Origin: Candidatus Krumholzibacteriia bacterium
GTDB taxonomy: Bacteria > Krumholzibacteriota > Krumholzibacteriia > LZORAL124-64-63
Reading direction: 5' to 3'
Assembly: GCA_050174015.1 (NCBI GenBank)
Contig: JBFXKG010000004.1
Span: 96,001-160,000, forward strand
Length of the DNA: 64,000 nt
Shown one piece after another: positions 37,991 to 47,756 of the stretch. The position numbers were made by a program, and so were the translations under genes. The notes beneath the pieces were generated by a model. The model made no database searches. It was not told where the DNA came from and saw only the letters and a list, made by a program, of their open reading frames with translations. Position 1 is the stretch's first letter, and each line of letters starts with the position of its first letter.

Positions 37991-40594
37991 TCACCGTACC
38001 AGGGTGATCCTCCGGGTCCGCACGGTCCCCTCCGCTTCCAGCCGCACCAGGTAGACGCCGCTGGACTGGGGACGCCCGGAATGGTCCGATCCATCCCAGA
38101 TCACCTCGTGCCTGCCTTCCCCTCTCGCTCCTTCCACCAGGACCCTCACCAGGCGGCCGGCCGGATCGAAAACGCCCAGCCTTACGGAAGCCGCGCGAGG
38201 CAACTCGAACGTGACCTCGGTGTGGGGATTGAACGGGTTCGGCCGCGCCGGATGCAACTGCACGCCGGACACCGCAGCCGGCACGTCCGGCGAACCGGTC
38301 ACCGGTTCGAGCAGCGGCCGCTCGTACGCCCCGTTCCCGTGGCCGGCGATGCGCAGCATCCGGTCACCCGGCGAAATCGCGAGGTCCATGACCATGACGG
38401 CTCCCGGCAATCCCTCGCTGAAGGCGAACCACGACTGCCCGGAGTTCACCGTTGCGAAGACGCCCAGATCCGTCCCCACGTAGACGTTCTGGGAATCCTG
38501 GGGATCGACCACCACCGCCTGGGTCGGCACGTCCGGCAGGCCGGCGCCCACGTCCTGCCAGGTCGCTCCCGCATCGTCGGTCCGGAAGACGTGGCTCGTT
38601 CCGAAACCCGAGAACGTGATCCAGACCACGGCGTCTTCCGCCGGATCGATGGCCAGGCCCACCGGGTACCGGTCCGGAAGGTCCCGGGTCACGTTGGTCC
38701 AGGTCGCCCCGCCGTCGAGGGTGCGGAACACCCCCGCCCGGGCGGTCACCGGAGCGGTGGTGACGTAGGCCGTCCTGCTGTCCGCCTGCGAGACTTCCAG
38801 GGCGAGAGCTGGATTCCCGTCGAGGGCGTACCCCCCGTTGGTCACCGCCCAGGTTTCGCCCTGGTCGAGGCTCTTGAGGACGAGACTGCCGCCGGCGTAG
38901 ATCACGCCGGGTTCGGCGGGACCGCCCAGGGCGTACGGCGCGATGAACCCCGCGCTGCCGGCTCCGGGCAGCGCGAGCTCGACCCAGTTCGCGCCCGCAT
39001 CCCGCGAACGCAACATGCCCAGGTACTGGTAGGACCCGAACAGCGTCGCGTCGTCGGTCGGATCGATGGCCGCGCATGACCCGTCACCACCGATCACCCT
39101 CGTCCAGGCCACGCTGCCGGTGTAGATGGCCGTGGCGTTGTCCTGCATGCCGCCGATAGCCAGGTCCGGATCGGTCGGCGAACAGGCGAATCCGGGATAG
39201 AACTGCTGGGTCTGGTAGCCTCCGTTGCAGCCGGCGAACGTCAATCCCCCGTTCAGCGAGCGGAAGATGCCCCCGTCGTTGGCGAAATAGACGATGTCGG
39301 GATTCGTCGGATGCCACGCCACGTCGTGGTGGTCGGCATGGGAGTAGTTCGGCGGACCTTCCGGCCCCCCCGGAGGCACCTGGCCGAAGATCCAGGCCCG
39401 CCAGTCCGACCGCTTGGCAAGGCTCGCCCCGCCGTTCACGCTGCGCCAGATGTCGATGCCCACGGCCATCACCAGGAAGGGGTCGGTCGGGCTCACCGCG
39501 ACGTCGTGGGAGAACCAGCCCTGCCACTGGCTGTAATCGGTGGTGGACTTCACGGTCCAGGTCGATCCCGCGTCCTGGGATCGCCCCAGCCAGGTGCCCG
39601 ATGCCCCCAGGCCCCCGTTGCCGATGCTGACGTACATGACGTCGGGCTGGCCAGTGCAGACCGCCAGCTGGGCCTTTCCCAGGTAGCTGGACGGTCCGAT
39701 GTTCTGGGCGACACGGAGCCAGTTCAGCCCTCCGTCGGTCGTGCGGTAGATTCCCGCCTGGGGGCTGCCCAGGTTGCCGGCCGCGATGACCACCGTGTCC
39801 GGATGGACGGTGTGGATCACCAGGTCGGTGACCATGGGGATGGCGTTCACCTGGACCCAGCTGGATCCGCCGTCGGTGGTCTTGTAGACCCCCTCCGTGG
39901 TTCCGGCCCAGACCGTCCTGCGGTCGAGTGGATCGACCCGCACCACCTGGACTCCCCTCTGCTGGTCGTACGACCAGTCCAGGGACTTGTGCCAGGTGGC
40001 GCCTCCGTTGGTCGACCTGAGCACGCCGATGCCGAAACTGCCCCGGGTCAGCCTCACCGAGAGCCCGCCCTGGGTGTCGTCGTACGAATAGACCTCCCCC
40101 GTGCCGATGTAGATGGTCAACGAATCGTCCGGCGCGAAGGCCACCGACCCCACCCCCAGCACCGGATGCCCGGTCTCGACCCTTTCCCAGGCGGCCGCAC
40201 CCACGCCCCCGGTGTAGCTTCGCCACAGGCCGCCGCTTGCCGATCCGGCCCAGACCGTCGTGGGATTCTGGGGATTGAAGGCGATACACAGGGTGCGTCC
40301 GCCGATGTTGTGCGGGCCGATGGCCACCCAGCTGGAGCCGCCGGTCTTGGCCGCCGGAGCGCGCCGCATCCTGTCGCGGGCGAAGGTGAAGGCCTCGGCG
40401 TAGCCGGACCGGGGCAGATCCCGCCCGGGATAGGCCCGCTGGCGGGCGAGGAATTCCATGGCCTGGCCGGCGCCCGAAAGGGCCGGAGCCCTGCCCGCCC
40501 CCCCTGGGGCCGGATCATCCAGGCTGAACAACAGGCCCAGGCTGACGGTGGCCACCACAGCGGCCACGAGACCGGGAACAGGAACTCGCTTCAT
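37991..40594 (-). CDS. Secreted BNR/Asp-box (VPS10/YCF48-like) beta-propeller protein with FlgD/T9SS-like CTD
   Basis: Many S/T-x-D/N-GG-x-T/S-W repeats; HADHH, GGMQDN; PNPFNP...WDG...SSGVYLVRL. Confidence 0.85.
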   Translation of the reverse strand: MKRVPVPGLVAAVVATVSLGLLFSLDDPAPGGAGRAPALSGAGQAMEFLARQRAYPGRDLPRSGYAEAFTFARDRMRRAPAAKTGGSSWVAIGPHNIGGRTLCIAFNPQNPTTVWAGSASGGLWRSYTGGVGAAAWERVETGHPVLGVGSVAFAPDDSLTIYIGTGEVYSYDDTQGGLSVRLTRGSFGIGVLRSTNGGATWHKSLDWSYDQQRGVQVVRVDPLDRRTVWAGTTEGVYKTTDGGSSWVQVNAIPMVTDLVIHTVHPDTVVIAAGNLGSPQAGIYRTTDGGLNWLRVAQNIGPSSYLGKAQLAVCTGQPDVMYVSIGNGGLGASGTWLGRSQDAGSTWTVKSTTDYSQWQGWFSHDVAVSPTDPFLVMAVGIDIWRSVNGGASLAKRSDWRAWIFGQVPPGGPEGPPNYSHADHHDVAWHPTNPDIVYFANDGGIFRSLNGGLTFAGCNGGYQTQQFYPGFACSPTDPDLAIGGMQDNATAIYTGSVAWTRVIGGDGSCAAIDPTDDATLFGSYQYLGMLRSRDAGANWVELALPGAGSAGFIAPYALGGPAEPGVIYAGGSLVLKSLDQGETWAVTNGGYALDGNPALALEVSQADSRTAYVTTAPVTARAGVFRTLDGGATWTNVTRDLPDRYPVGLAIDPAEDAVVWITFSGFGTSHVFRTDDAGATWQDVGAGLPDVPTQAVVVDPQDSQNVYVGTDLGVFATVNSGQSWFAFSEGLPGAVMVMDLAISPGDRMLRIAGHGNGAYERPLLEPVTGSPDVPAAVSGVQLHPARPNPFNPHTEVTFELPRAASVRLGVFDPAGRLVRVLVEGARGEGRHEVIWDGSDHSGRPQSSGVYLVRLEAEGTVRTRRITLVR

Positions 40595-40759
40595 GCATCG
40601 CGCCTTCCGCGGCGCCGGGGGATACGCCCAGGGGGTCGTCCATCAGGATACGGCATCCGCGCCCCCCGCAACAGTCCGCCGGCGCCTTGCGTCTTGACAA
40701 GGCGTTCCCATGAGCCTGTCATTGGGCCGTCCCAAACAGTCCCCAGCCCGGAGGCCGCC

Positions 40760-42034
40760 ATGCGTGTTCACGTCGCCGCCATTCTGCTTGTGGGCCTTGC
40801 CGCCGGCGCCCTCGCTGACGAGCCGACCCTGCCCCGGACCATGATGGATTTCTACCGGCTGGCCTCCGGTGCCGAGCGCCAAGGGGAGACGGGCGCTGCC
40901 CGCGACCATTACCGGGCCGGACTCGCGGCCGTTCCCCAGAGCCCCCACCTGTGGCTGGGCGTGGTCCGCACCAGCGCGGCCCTGCAGGACGAGGCGGCGT
41001 GCCTCGAGGCGCTGCGGCGTCTGGCCGCTCTCGGCGCGGCTTTCGATCCGGCGGGCGACGCTGCCGTCGCCTCTCTTCTCGGGAAGCCGGAATTCGCGGC
41101 AGCCGCCGCCGCCATCGCCCGCAACGCGGCGCCGCCGCCGCCCGCTCCGGTCGTCGCGACCTTCGCCGACCCCGATCTGTGGAACGAGGGGATCGCCTGC
41201 GACCTCGACACCGGCGATCTCTATGCCGGCAGCGTCAAGCTGAGCAAGCTGCTGAGGATCCGCGACGGGGTGGAATCCCTCCTGGGAACCTCGGCGAACG
41301 ACGGTCTCCTGGAGATCCTGGGCCTGGACGTGGACGAACAGCGCAGGCACCTGTGGGCGGTCACCGGCCGCGACTCGACCGAGGCCGGGGCCCCCCACGA
41401 CTTCGGCGAGGCGCCCAGAGCCAACGCCCTGGTCCAGTACGACCTGGAATCCGGGGCGCAACTGGCGGTCTACCCCATGGTCTTCGACGGGCGCACCCAC
41501 ATGTGGAACGACGTTTCGGTGAGTCCGGACGGGACCGCGTACTTCACCGACCTGGCCGCATCCGAGGTCTACCGGCTTCCGCCCGGGGGCAAGCCCGAGG
41601 TGATCCTCGACGGCACCGATTTCCAGTACTTCAACGGAATCGTGGTCGATGACACCGGAACCCTGCTGTACGTCGCGGCCCTGGAGGGCGTGGTGGTCAT
41701 CGATCTCGCCGACCTGAGCGCCGCCCTCCTCGATTGCCCGCCCGACGTCTACGCGGGCCTGGGGGACGGCATGGCCATCGGGGGAGGCGACCTCTTCATC
41801 GTGCAGAACAACGGCTTGCTCAATCAGAGGATCCTGCGTGTCCGGCTGGATGAGACCGGACGCAGGGCCCTTGGCGCCGAGACGGTGCCCTGTGGACTGC
41901 CCGATGGGCTCATGCCCTACACTTGCGCCCTCGGGAACGGCGTTCTCTACGTGAATGGGACGCCCCCGTTCGCCGAGTACGATGGGGAGGATTTCGCCCG
42001 ACCCTCGGTGATCGTGGCCCTGAAAATCGACTGA
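40760..42034 (+). CDS. Exported TPR plus SMP-30/gluconolactonase-like beta-propeller protein
   Basis: Signal peptide; EGIA, WNDV..SPDG.AYFTD, NGI, DGM motifs. Confidence 0.75.
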   Translation: MRVHVAAILLVGLAAGALADEPTLPRTMMDFYRLASGAERQGETGAARDHYRAGLAAVPQSPHLWLGVVRTSAALQDEAACLEALRRLAALGAAFDPAGDAAVASLLGKPEFAAAAAAIARNAAPPPPAPVVATFADPDLWNEGIACDLDTGDLYAGSVKLSKLLRIRDGVESLLGTSANDGLLEILGLDVDEQRRHLWAVTGRDSTEAGAPHDFGEAPRANALVQYDLESGAQLAVYPMVFDGRTHMWNDVSVSPDGTAYFTDLAASEVYRLPPGGKPEVILDGTDFQYFNGIVVDDTGTLLYVAALEGVVVIDLADLSAALLDCPPDVYAGLGDGMAIGGGDLFIVQNNGLLNQRILRVRLDETGRRALGAETVPCGLPDGLMPYTCALGNGVLYVNGTPPFAEYDGEDFARPSVIVALKID

Positions 42035-42075
42035 ACCGACTGGTTTCTTTAGATTTGTGCCAGTCCGAAAAATAC

Positions 42076-42107
42076 TTGTTGAAACAATTTTCCTTTATAC
42101 ATATATT
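42076..42107 (+). promoter_or_regulatory. marR-yceI promoter with overlapping palindrome
   Basis: TTGAAA-N17-TATATT; TTGTT-GA-AACAA palindrome over the -35. Confidence 0.55.
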
Positions 42108-42147
42108 ATTCCCCAAGGCCCGGGCAACCAATGGAAGGACGTCGCCC

Positions 42148-42618
42148 TTGTCGACCCTGAAGCAGGAACTGAAACAGAAGCAGCCGTTCGCCGCGCCCCA
42201 GCAGGAGGTGTTCCTGAACGTGCAACGCACCGCCGGAATCCTGAACGGCCCCCTGTTGAAGCTCCTGCGCTGCGAGGGATTGAGCCCGCCCCTCTACAAC
42301 ATCCTGCGGATCCTCCGGGGACAGAAGGGCGAGGGCCTGTCCTGCTCCAGCATCGGCGAGCGGATGGTCACCAGGGATCCCGACGTGACCAGGCTCATCG
42401 ACCGCCTCGAGAAGGGCGGCCTGGTCGAACGGGAGCGGTCAGCCGAAGACCGGCGCGTCGTTCTGATCAGCATCACCGCCGCCGGGATGGCGGTGCTGGC
42501 GAAGCTGGACCGCCCCGTCCTGGATCTGCACCGGGATCTGCTGGGGCATCTGACCGTGAAGGAAATGGCCGAGCTGAACCGCCTCCTCGTGAAGGCGCGC
42601 CAGCCGCATGTAGCATAG
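42148..42618 (+). CDS. MarR family transcriptional regulator
   Basis: YNILRILRG, PDVTRLIDRLE, DRRVV..IT..G; TTG start inferred. Confidence 0.9.
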   Translation: MSTLKQELKQKQPFAAPQQEVFLNVQRTAGILNGPLLKLLRCEGLSPPLYNILRILRGQKGEGLSCSSIGERMVTRDPDVTRLIDRLEKGGLVERERSAEDRRVVLISITAAGMAVLAKLDRPVLDLHRDLLGHLTVKEMAELNRLLVKARQPHVA

Positions 42619-42680
42619 ACCGCATGAAACCGTGAACGAGGCCGCCCTAAGGGCCGCCGACATAATCAGGAGTTCCCGAC

Positions 42681-43274
42681 ATGAAAACGAAACTGACCCT
42701 TCTCGCCCTGAGCACCGTGATGGCCGTCGCCGCCCTGCCTGCGGCCGCGGCCCCGTACGACATCGACACCGCCCACAGCTCGGTGGGATTCCAGATCAAG
42801 CACCTTGCCATCAGCAAGGTCAACGGCGCCTTCAACGAGTTCTCCGGGAACTTCGTGTTCGTCGAAGGGGATCCCTCGCAGTGGTCCGCCGAGGCCGTCA
42901 TCCAGGCTGCCTCCATCGACACGGGCAACAAGGACCGTGACGACCACCTGCGTTCCGCCGACTTCTTCGACGTCGAGAACTTCCCGACCATCACCTTCAA
43001 GTCCACCGGGGTGACCATGACCAACGCGACCGAAGGCGTGATGAAGGGTGCATTGACCATGCACGGGGTGACGAAGGACGTCGAACTCGACCTGGAGTTC
43101 CTGGGCACCGTGACCGATCCCTGGGGCAACGAAAAGGCCGGCTTCTCCCTGTCCGGCAAGATCGACCGGCGGGATTTCGGCCTGACCTGGAGCAAGGCCC
43201 TGGAGACCGGCGGCCTGGTCGTGGACCACACCGTGAAGATCATGCTGGAGATCGAGGGCAACAAGGCCAAGTAG
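42681..43274 (+). CDS. yceI: YceI family polyisoprenoid-binding protein
   Basis: IDTAHS, SIDTGNKDRDDHLRSADFFD, LTMHGVTK, RRDFG. Confidence 0.92.
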   Translation: MKTKLTLLALSTVMAVAALPAAAAPYDIDTAHSSVGFQIKHLAISKVNGAFNEFSGNFVFVEGDPSQWSAEAVIQAASIDTGNKDRDDHLRSADFFDVENFPTITFKSTGVTMTNATEGVMKGALTMHGVTKDVELDLEFLGTVTDPWGNEKAGFSLSGKIDRRDFGLTWSKALETGGLVVDHTVKIMLEIEGNKAK

Positions 43275-43389
43275 CCTGCCCGGACCATTCGGCCTCGCCC
43301 GGGGGCCGGGCCTGATCGGCCCGGCCCCGCTCGTTTCCGGTGGCCCGCGGTCCGGCCCGGGATTAGATTTCCCCCCGAAGGAGGGCGCC

Positions 43390-43596
43390 ATGTTTTTGAT
43401 GGTCGGGATGCGGCCGTTTCACAAGGATCTCGGGCCGGTCGATTATCGCACCTGCACCCACTGCAACAACCACTCGCGGTGGCGGCGGTCCGAGCTGTCC
43501 AACCGCCTGACGGTGTTCTTCCTCCCCGTGCTGACCCTCAACCGCAGCACCTGGGACGTCTGCCCCGTCTGCGGGCGGGGCTACGAGGTCGGTTGA
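43390..43596 (+). CDS. Small zinc-ribbon protein
   Basis: CTHC...FFLPV...CPVC. Confidence 0.75.
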   Translation: MFLMVGMRPFHKDLGPVDYRTCTHCNNHSRWRRSELSNRLTVFFLPVLTLNRSTWDVCPVCGRGYEVG

Positions 43597-43605
43597 TCTT
43601 CCGGG

Positions 43606-44133
43606 CTAGTCCATCTCATCCAGCGCCCGCTCGTATTCTTCCAGATCTCCCGCCGAATAGCAGACCAGCCGCACTTCCAGGAGCTCCGGGAAATCCTGCA
43701 GGCCTTCCCGGACGGTCGCCAGGGCGATGCGGCAGGCCTCCGCGATGGGATAGCCGTAGACGCCCGTGCTGATGCTCGGAAAAGCGATGGTCGTGAAACC
43801 CTCCTCGACGGCCAGTTGCAGGCTCTCCCGGTAGCACGAGGCCAGCAGGTCGGCTTCGAGGTCTCCGGAGCCGCCCCCGAAGATGGGTCCCGGAGTGTGG
43901 ATCACGCGGCGGCAGGGAAGATCGTAGGCCCGGGTCATCACAGCCTCCCCGGTGGGACAGCCTCCGATCAGGCGGCATTCCCGGGCCAGGGCCGGCCCCG
44001 CGGCCCGGTGGATGGCCCCGCAGACCCCGCCCCCCGGTTCAAGGTCTTCGTTGGCCGCGTTGACGATGACGTCGCAGGCCTCCTCCGTGATGTCCCCCTC
44101 GAGAATCAACACCTTCTGCTTCCAGTCCCCCAT
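43606..44133 (-). CDS. Macro domain protein (YmdB-like O-acetyl-ADP-ribose deacetylase)
   Basis: GDIT, IVNAAN, GGGVCGAIH, FPSISTGVYG. Confidence 0.92.
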   Translation of the reverse strand: MGDWKQKVLILEGDITEEACDVIVNAANEDLEPGGGVCGAIHRAAGPALARECRLIGGCPTGEAVMTRAYDLPCRRVIHTPGPIFGGGSGDLEADLLASCYRESLQLAVEEGFTTIAFPSISTGVYGYPIAEACRIALATVREGLQDFPELLEVRLVCYSAGDLEEYERALDEMD

Positions 44134-44228
44134 GACCACCCTTTCCGGTTGCGGCAAGGGACCATCCCCTGCAACCCTGCCTCCGGGCCATCGTATCAAA
44201 AATCCGGTATCAACCAAAGGAGCCTGTC

Positions 44229-45443
44229 TTGAAACGTGTGATCAGCCCGACCGGTTTTCTGTCGATCGCCCTCATGCTGCCCACCCTGGCCGGCTCCGCG
44301 CAACCCACCCACGTCGCCAATTCCGACCAGCCCCGCGACGGGAGGCACGTCCTCGAGATGGCGACCGTCTGGCACCGGGGCCATGACGCCGACGACCTCA
44401 TCTTCGGCTCCATCAACAACGTGCAGGTCGGTCCCGACGGCGGCATCTACGTCCTGGACCAGCAGCAGTCCCAGGTCTGCGTCTTCGACGATGCGGGCGA
44501 ACTGCTGCGCACCCTCGGCCGCGAAGGGGAGGGCCCGGGAGAATCGCGCCAGCCCGAGGACATGGTCTTCCTGCCCGACGGCAGCCTGGGCCTGGCCCAG
44601 TACATCAACGGGCGCATCGTGAGGATCGACCTGAAGGGCACCCCCCTGAAGATGCTGATGCCCCCGGGCTTCGATCCCCAGGGGGGCGGCGGCGGCCTGG
44701 TGAGCATCAGGCGCGCCCGTTGCAGGGGCGGCTCCTTCGTGATCAACGGCGTGAAGGTCTCTCCCCAGGACGACGGGATGATCCGCACCCAGTACCTGGT
44801 CCGGTGCAACGAGCAAGCCGAACCGCTGGTCGAGTACCTCTCCCGGTCCACCTCCTCGAACCTCCAGAGGGACGGCTGGGTCGAGAAGAACCACTACTTC
44901 CCCTCGCACGAACGGTGGGACATCGACGCCCGGGGGCGGGTGCTCGCCGCCTGCGAACGCAACGAATACCGCCTCACCGTCTTCGAACCCGACGGGACCG
45001 AGGCCTTCACCTTCGGCCGCGACCAAGAGCCCTGGCGGCGCACCGGGCAGGAGAAACAGGAGATCAGGGATTCGCTGGTGGTCCTGGCGGACGGCGTGAG
45101 GGTGCAGATCGAGGTCCAGGTCGAGGACATGGCTCCGGTCATCGCCGCGGTCCACGCCATGCCCGGCGGGGAAACCTGGGTCCTCACGACGCGCAACATG
45201 AAGGACCAGCCCGACGGGATCATGCAGACCTACGACGTCTTCGATTCGGCGGGACTGTTCATCCGGCAGGAGGAGGTCGCCTGCGGCGGGGAGGCCGACG
45301 AGGACCGCCTGATCTTCCTGGACGAAGGCCGGGCCGCCCTGGTCCGGGGCGCCGTCCAGGCCCGCCGCAACACCTTCGGCGGCAGCCGCACCGACGAGGA
45401 CCAGGACGTCGCCGTCCACGACCTGATGATCCTGGCGTATTGA
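44229..45443 (+). CDS. Exported 6-bladed beta-propeller protein
   Basis: Signal peptide; IYVLD, GREGEGPGE motif. Confidence 0.75.
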   Translation: MKRVISPTGFLSIALMLPTLAGSAQPTHVANSDQPRDGRHVLEMATVWHRGHDADDLIFGSINNVQVGPDGGIYVLDQQQSQVCVFDDAGELLRTLGREGEGPGESRQPEDMVFLPDGSLGLAQYINGRIVRIDLKGTPLKMLMPPGFDPQGGGGGLVSIRRARCRGGSFVINGVKVSPQDDGMIRTQYLVRCNEQAEPLVEYLSRSTSSNLQRDGWVEKNHYFPSHERWDIDARGRVLAACERNEYRLTVFEPDGTEAFTFGRDQEPWRRTGQEKQEIRDSLVVLADGVRVQIEVQVEDMAPVIAAVHAMPGGETWVLTTRNMKDQPDGIMQTYDVFDSAGLFIRQEEVACGGEADEDRLIFLDEGRAALVRGAVQARRNTFGGSRTDEDQDVAVHDLMILAY

Positions 45444-45655
45444 GCCCTGCATGTTCAAGGCCATGCCCGCCGGGATCGAATGGGGGCAGCCGGACGCCCC
45501 GGAGCTTCTGGTAGCGGGAGGTCCTCAGCCGCCCAGGACCGGCCCTGGTCGCTTCCGATCTGGAGTTGGGGCCGACATCAGCAAAGGGGCGCGGCCGGGT
45601 TCAACTCGCCCGATTTGGCCGCCAACATCGTGACTTGTGCCGCCGAAAATGAGTT

Positions 45656-45727
45656 CCCCAGTCAATGATGGAAAATTCCATCGTTGACTGGGGTTTTATG
45701 TCCTAATTTATTACATTAGGACAAAAA
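45656..45727. repeat. Two adjacent inverted repeats
   Basis: CCCCAGTCAATGATGGAA/TTCCATCGTTGACTGGGG (45656-45693) and TGTCCTAAT-N7-ATTAGGACA (45699-45723). Confidence 0.7.
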
Positions 45728-45769
45728 ATTTGAACCTGAGCCGATGGGGAACAAATTCGGCGGCACAAC

Positions 45770-46036
45770 CTAACGGTTCCCTCCCCTTCCCCAGCCTCGG
45801 CCGGGGCCGAAACCGCGCCCGCGCCCGCCGCCGGCGCCCAAACCCGCCCCACGCCCCAGCCCCCGGCCGAATCCCCGGCCCAGGCCCCTGCCGAACCCCC
45901 GACTCCGATCCTGCGGATCCGAGGCTGGCGCCTCGTTCGCTTTTTGATCGTCCTGCCGCGGCACCCCGCAGCGTCCCAGACCCCGCCCCGTGCGGGGACC
46001 CTGGCCCAGCGGACCTCGTCCATTCTCTCCCGGCAT
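45770..46036 (-). CDS. DUF5320-like Gly/Arg-rich small protein
   Basis: MPGENGRGPLGQGPRTGRGLGRC followed by GRG repeats; usual neighbour of DUF134. Confidence 0.7.
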   Translation of the reverse strand: MPGENGRGPLGQGPRTGRGLGRCGVPRQDDQKANEAPASDPQDRSRGFGRGLGRGFGRGLGRGAGLGAGGGRGRGFGPGRGWGRGGNR

Positions 46037-46060
46037 CGCGTTCACCTTTCGGTTGCGGAG

Positions 46061-46450
46061 TCAGACCCGCCCGTCCCGCCGGCATCCCCGCCGCCCCCTG
46101 CGGCCGGGCTCGCTGCCGGGGAGGCTCCCCGGATCCTCCCGGTCGCCAGGTCCCACGGTTTCCACGTGGCCCCCTTCGACCCGGATGGCCCACCCGTGGA
46201 CCAATGCGGCCGCCGTCTTGCGCCGGGCCTCGGCGATGATCCGGCCGGCGGTGGCGCGCGAGACGTTCATCATCTCGCCGACCTGTTCCTGGCTCAGGCC
46301 TTCGAGGTCGGCCAGCCGCAGGGCCTCGAGCTCGTCGAGCCCCAGGGCGACCTCTTCCAGGTCGCGCATGGGGATCCCGGCCGGCTTGAAGTAGACCACC
46401 GAGGGATCGTGGCGGACGGAGCGCATCTTGGGTGGGCGGGGCAAGGTCAT
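46061..46450 (-). CDS. DUF134 (UPF0251) DNA-binding protein
   Basis: PRP, YFKPAGIP, ELEALRLAD.EGLSQE, MNVSRAT. Confidence 0.9.
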   Translation of the reverse strand: MTLPRPPKMRSVRHDPSVVYFKPAGIPMRDLEEVALGLDELEALRLADLEGLSQEQVGEMMNVSRATAGRIIAEARRKTAAALVHGWAIRVEGGHVETVGPGDREDPGSLPGSEPGRRGRRGCRRDGRV

Positions 46451-46458
46451 CCTCCTGT

Positions 46459-46506
46459 TTGCTTTTTCCTGGTTATGAGCATATACTCAAAACTGGAAAC
46501 CGTCAA
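46459..46506. promoter_or_regulatory. Overlapping divergent promoters with a central palindromic operator
   Basis: + TTGCTT-N17-TATACT; - TTGACG-N17-TATGCT; palindrome TTATGAGCATATACTCAAAA (46473-46492) covers both -10 elements. Confidence 0.7.
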
Positions 46507-46539
46507 ATCGACTGGTGAACCGATCCCACGGAGGTCGCG

Positions 46540-46896
46540 ATGAAGCTGGTCATCACAGCCCAGGGCCCGAACCCGGAAGACCCGGTGGACCCCCGCTTCG
46601 GCCGTGCAGCCTACCACATCCTCTTCGACGACAAGGCGGGAACCTTCACGACCCTGGAAAACCAGGGGAGGGACGCCGCCCAGGGCGCCGGGGTCCAGGC
46701 GGCCCAGACCATCGCCGCCAGCGGGGCCGAAGTCCTGCTGACCGGCCACTGCGGGCCCAAGGCCTTCCAGGCCCTGGAGGCAGCCGGGGTCTCGATCTTC
46801 TCCGGCGTCGAAGGTCGGATCCTCGATGCGGTCCAGGCCTGGCGGGACGGCCGGCTGGAGGAGCTCCACAGCCCCGACGGCACCCCCCGTCACTGA
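46540..46896 (+). CDS. NifB/NifX family (MTH1175-like) protein
   Basis: VDPRFGRA, GAGVQAAQ, TGHCGPKAF. Confidence 0.9.
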   Translation: MKLVITAQGPNPEDPVDPRFGRAAYHILFDDKAGTFTTLENQGRDAAQGAGVQAAQTIAASGAEVLLTGHCGPKAFQALEAAGVSIFSGVEGRILDAVQAWRDGRLEELHSPDGTPRH

Positions 46897-46904
46897 GAGG
46901 CCCC

Positions 46905-47756
46905 ATGCGCATCGCGGTCGCCAGCGGCAAGGGAGGAACGGGCAAGACCACCGTCGCGGTCAATCTGGCCGTCACCGTGGCCCGGTCCGGCCGTCAGGTC
47001 CATCTCTGCGACTGCGACGTCGAGGAGCCCAACGCGGCCATCTTCCTCGACCCGCAGCTGGGACCGGCGGTTCCCGTGTCCACCCCGATCCCCGTGGTCG
47101 ACAGCGATCTCTGCAACCACTGCGGGCAGTGCGCCGCCATCTGCGAGTTCAACGCCATCGCCTGCCTGCCCCACCGGACCCTCGTATTTCCCGATCTCTG
47201 CCACAGCTGTTCCGGTTGCTGGCTGGTTTGCCCCGAGCAGGCCATCACCCAGGCCGACCGGGTGCTCGGCGAGGTCTCGGTCGGTTCAGCCGGACCCATC
47301 GGCTTCACCCAGGGCGTGCTCCGCATCGGAGAGACAGTCGTTCCTCCCCTGATCCACACAGTCAAGGCGACTGTCCGCGGAGCACCCTGGGTGATCCTCG
47401 ACGCCCCCCCCGGCACCACCTGCCCGGCCGTGGAGGCCCTGCGCGGGGCCGATTTCGTCGTGCTGGTCACCGAACCCACCCCCTTCGGACTGCACGATCT
47501 CGACCTGGCCGTCAAGCTGGCCCGAGGTCTCGACATCCCCTGCGGGGTCGTCGAGAACCGGGCGATTCCCGGACGGGACATCGTGGACCGTTTCTGCGCG
47601 GAAAAGGACCTCCCCGTCCTGGCCCGCATCCCCTTCACCCGGGAGCTGGCCGCCGTGGGTTCCGAAGGGGGACTTCTCGTCGATGCGGACGCCGGCGTCG
47701 CCGCCGCCTTCACCCACCTGCTCGATGAACTGGTGGGACTGGAGGCGCGGACATGA
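46905..47756 (+). CDS. MinD-superfamily P-loop ATPase with inserted 4Fe-4S ferredoxin
   Basis: SGKGGTGKTT, DCDVEEPN, two CxxCxxCxxxC, DAPPGT, EPTPFG. Confidence 0.9.
   Translation: MRIAVASGKGGTGKTTVAVNLAVTVARSGRQVHLCDCDVEEPNAAIFLDPQLGPAVPVSTPIPVVDSDLCNHCGQCAAICEFNAIACLPHRTLVFPDLCHSCSGCWLVCPEQAITQADRVLGEVSVGSAGPIGFTQGVLRIGETVVPPLIHTVKATVRGAPWVILDAPPGTTCPAVEALRGADFVVLVTEPTPFGLHDLDLAVKLARGLDIPCGVVENRAIPGRDIVDRFCAEKDLPVLARIPFTRELAAVGSEGGLLVDADAGVAAAFTHLLDELVGLEART

Noticed and set aside
43606..44133. Macro domain as part of an ADP-ribosylation toxin or defence system
   Set aside because: Ordinary stand-alone YmdB-like protein with no adjacent ADP-ribosyltransferase or sirtuin.
45697..45725. Chromosomal dif site
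   Set aside because: Lacks the conserved XerD arm TTATGTTAAAT; kept only as an unexplained palindrome.
45790..45900. Short tandem DNA repeats
   Set aside because: They encode the GRG repeats of the DUF5320-like protein.
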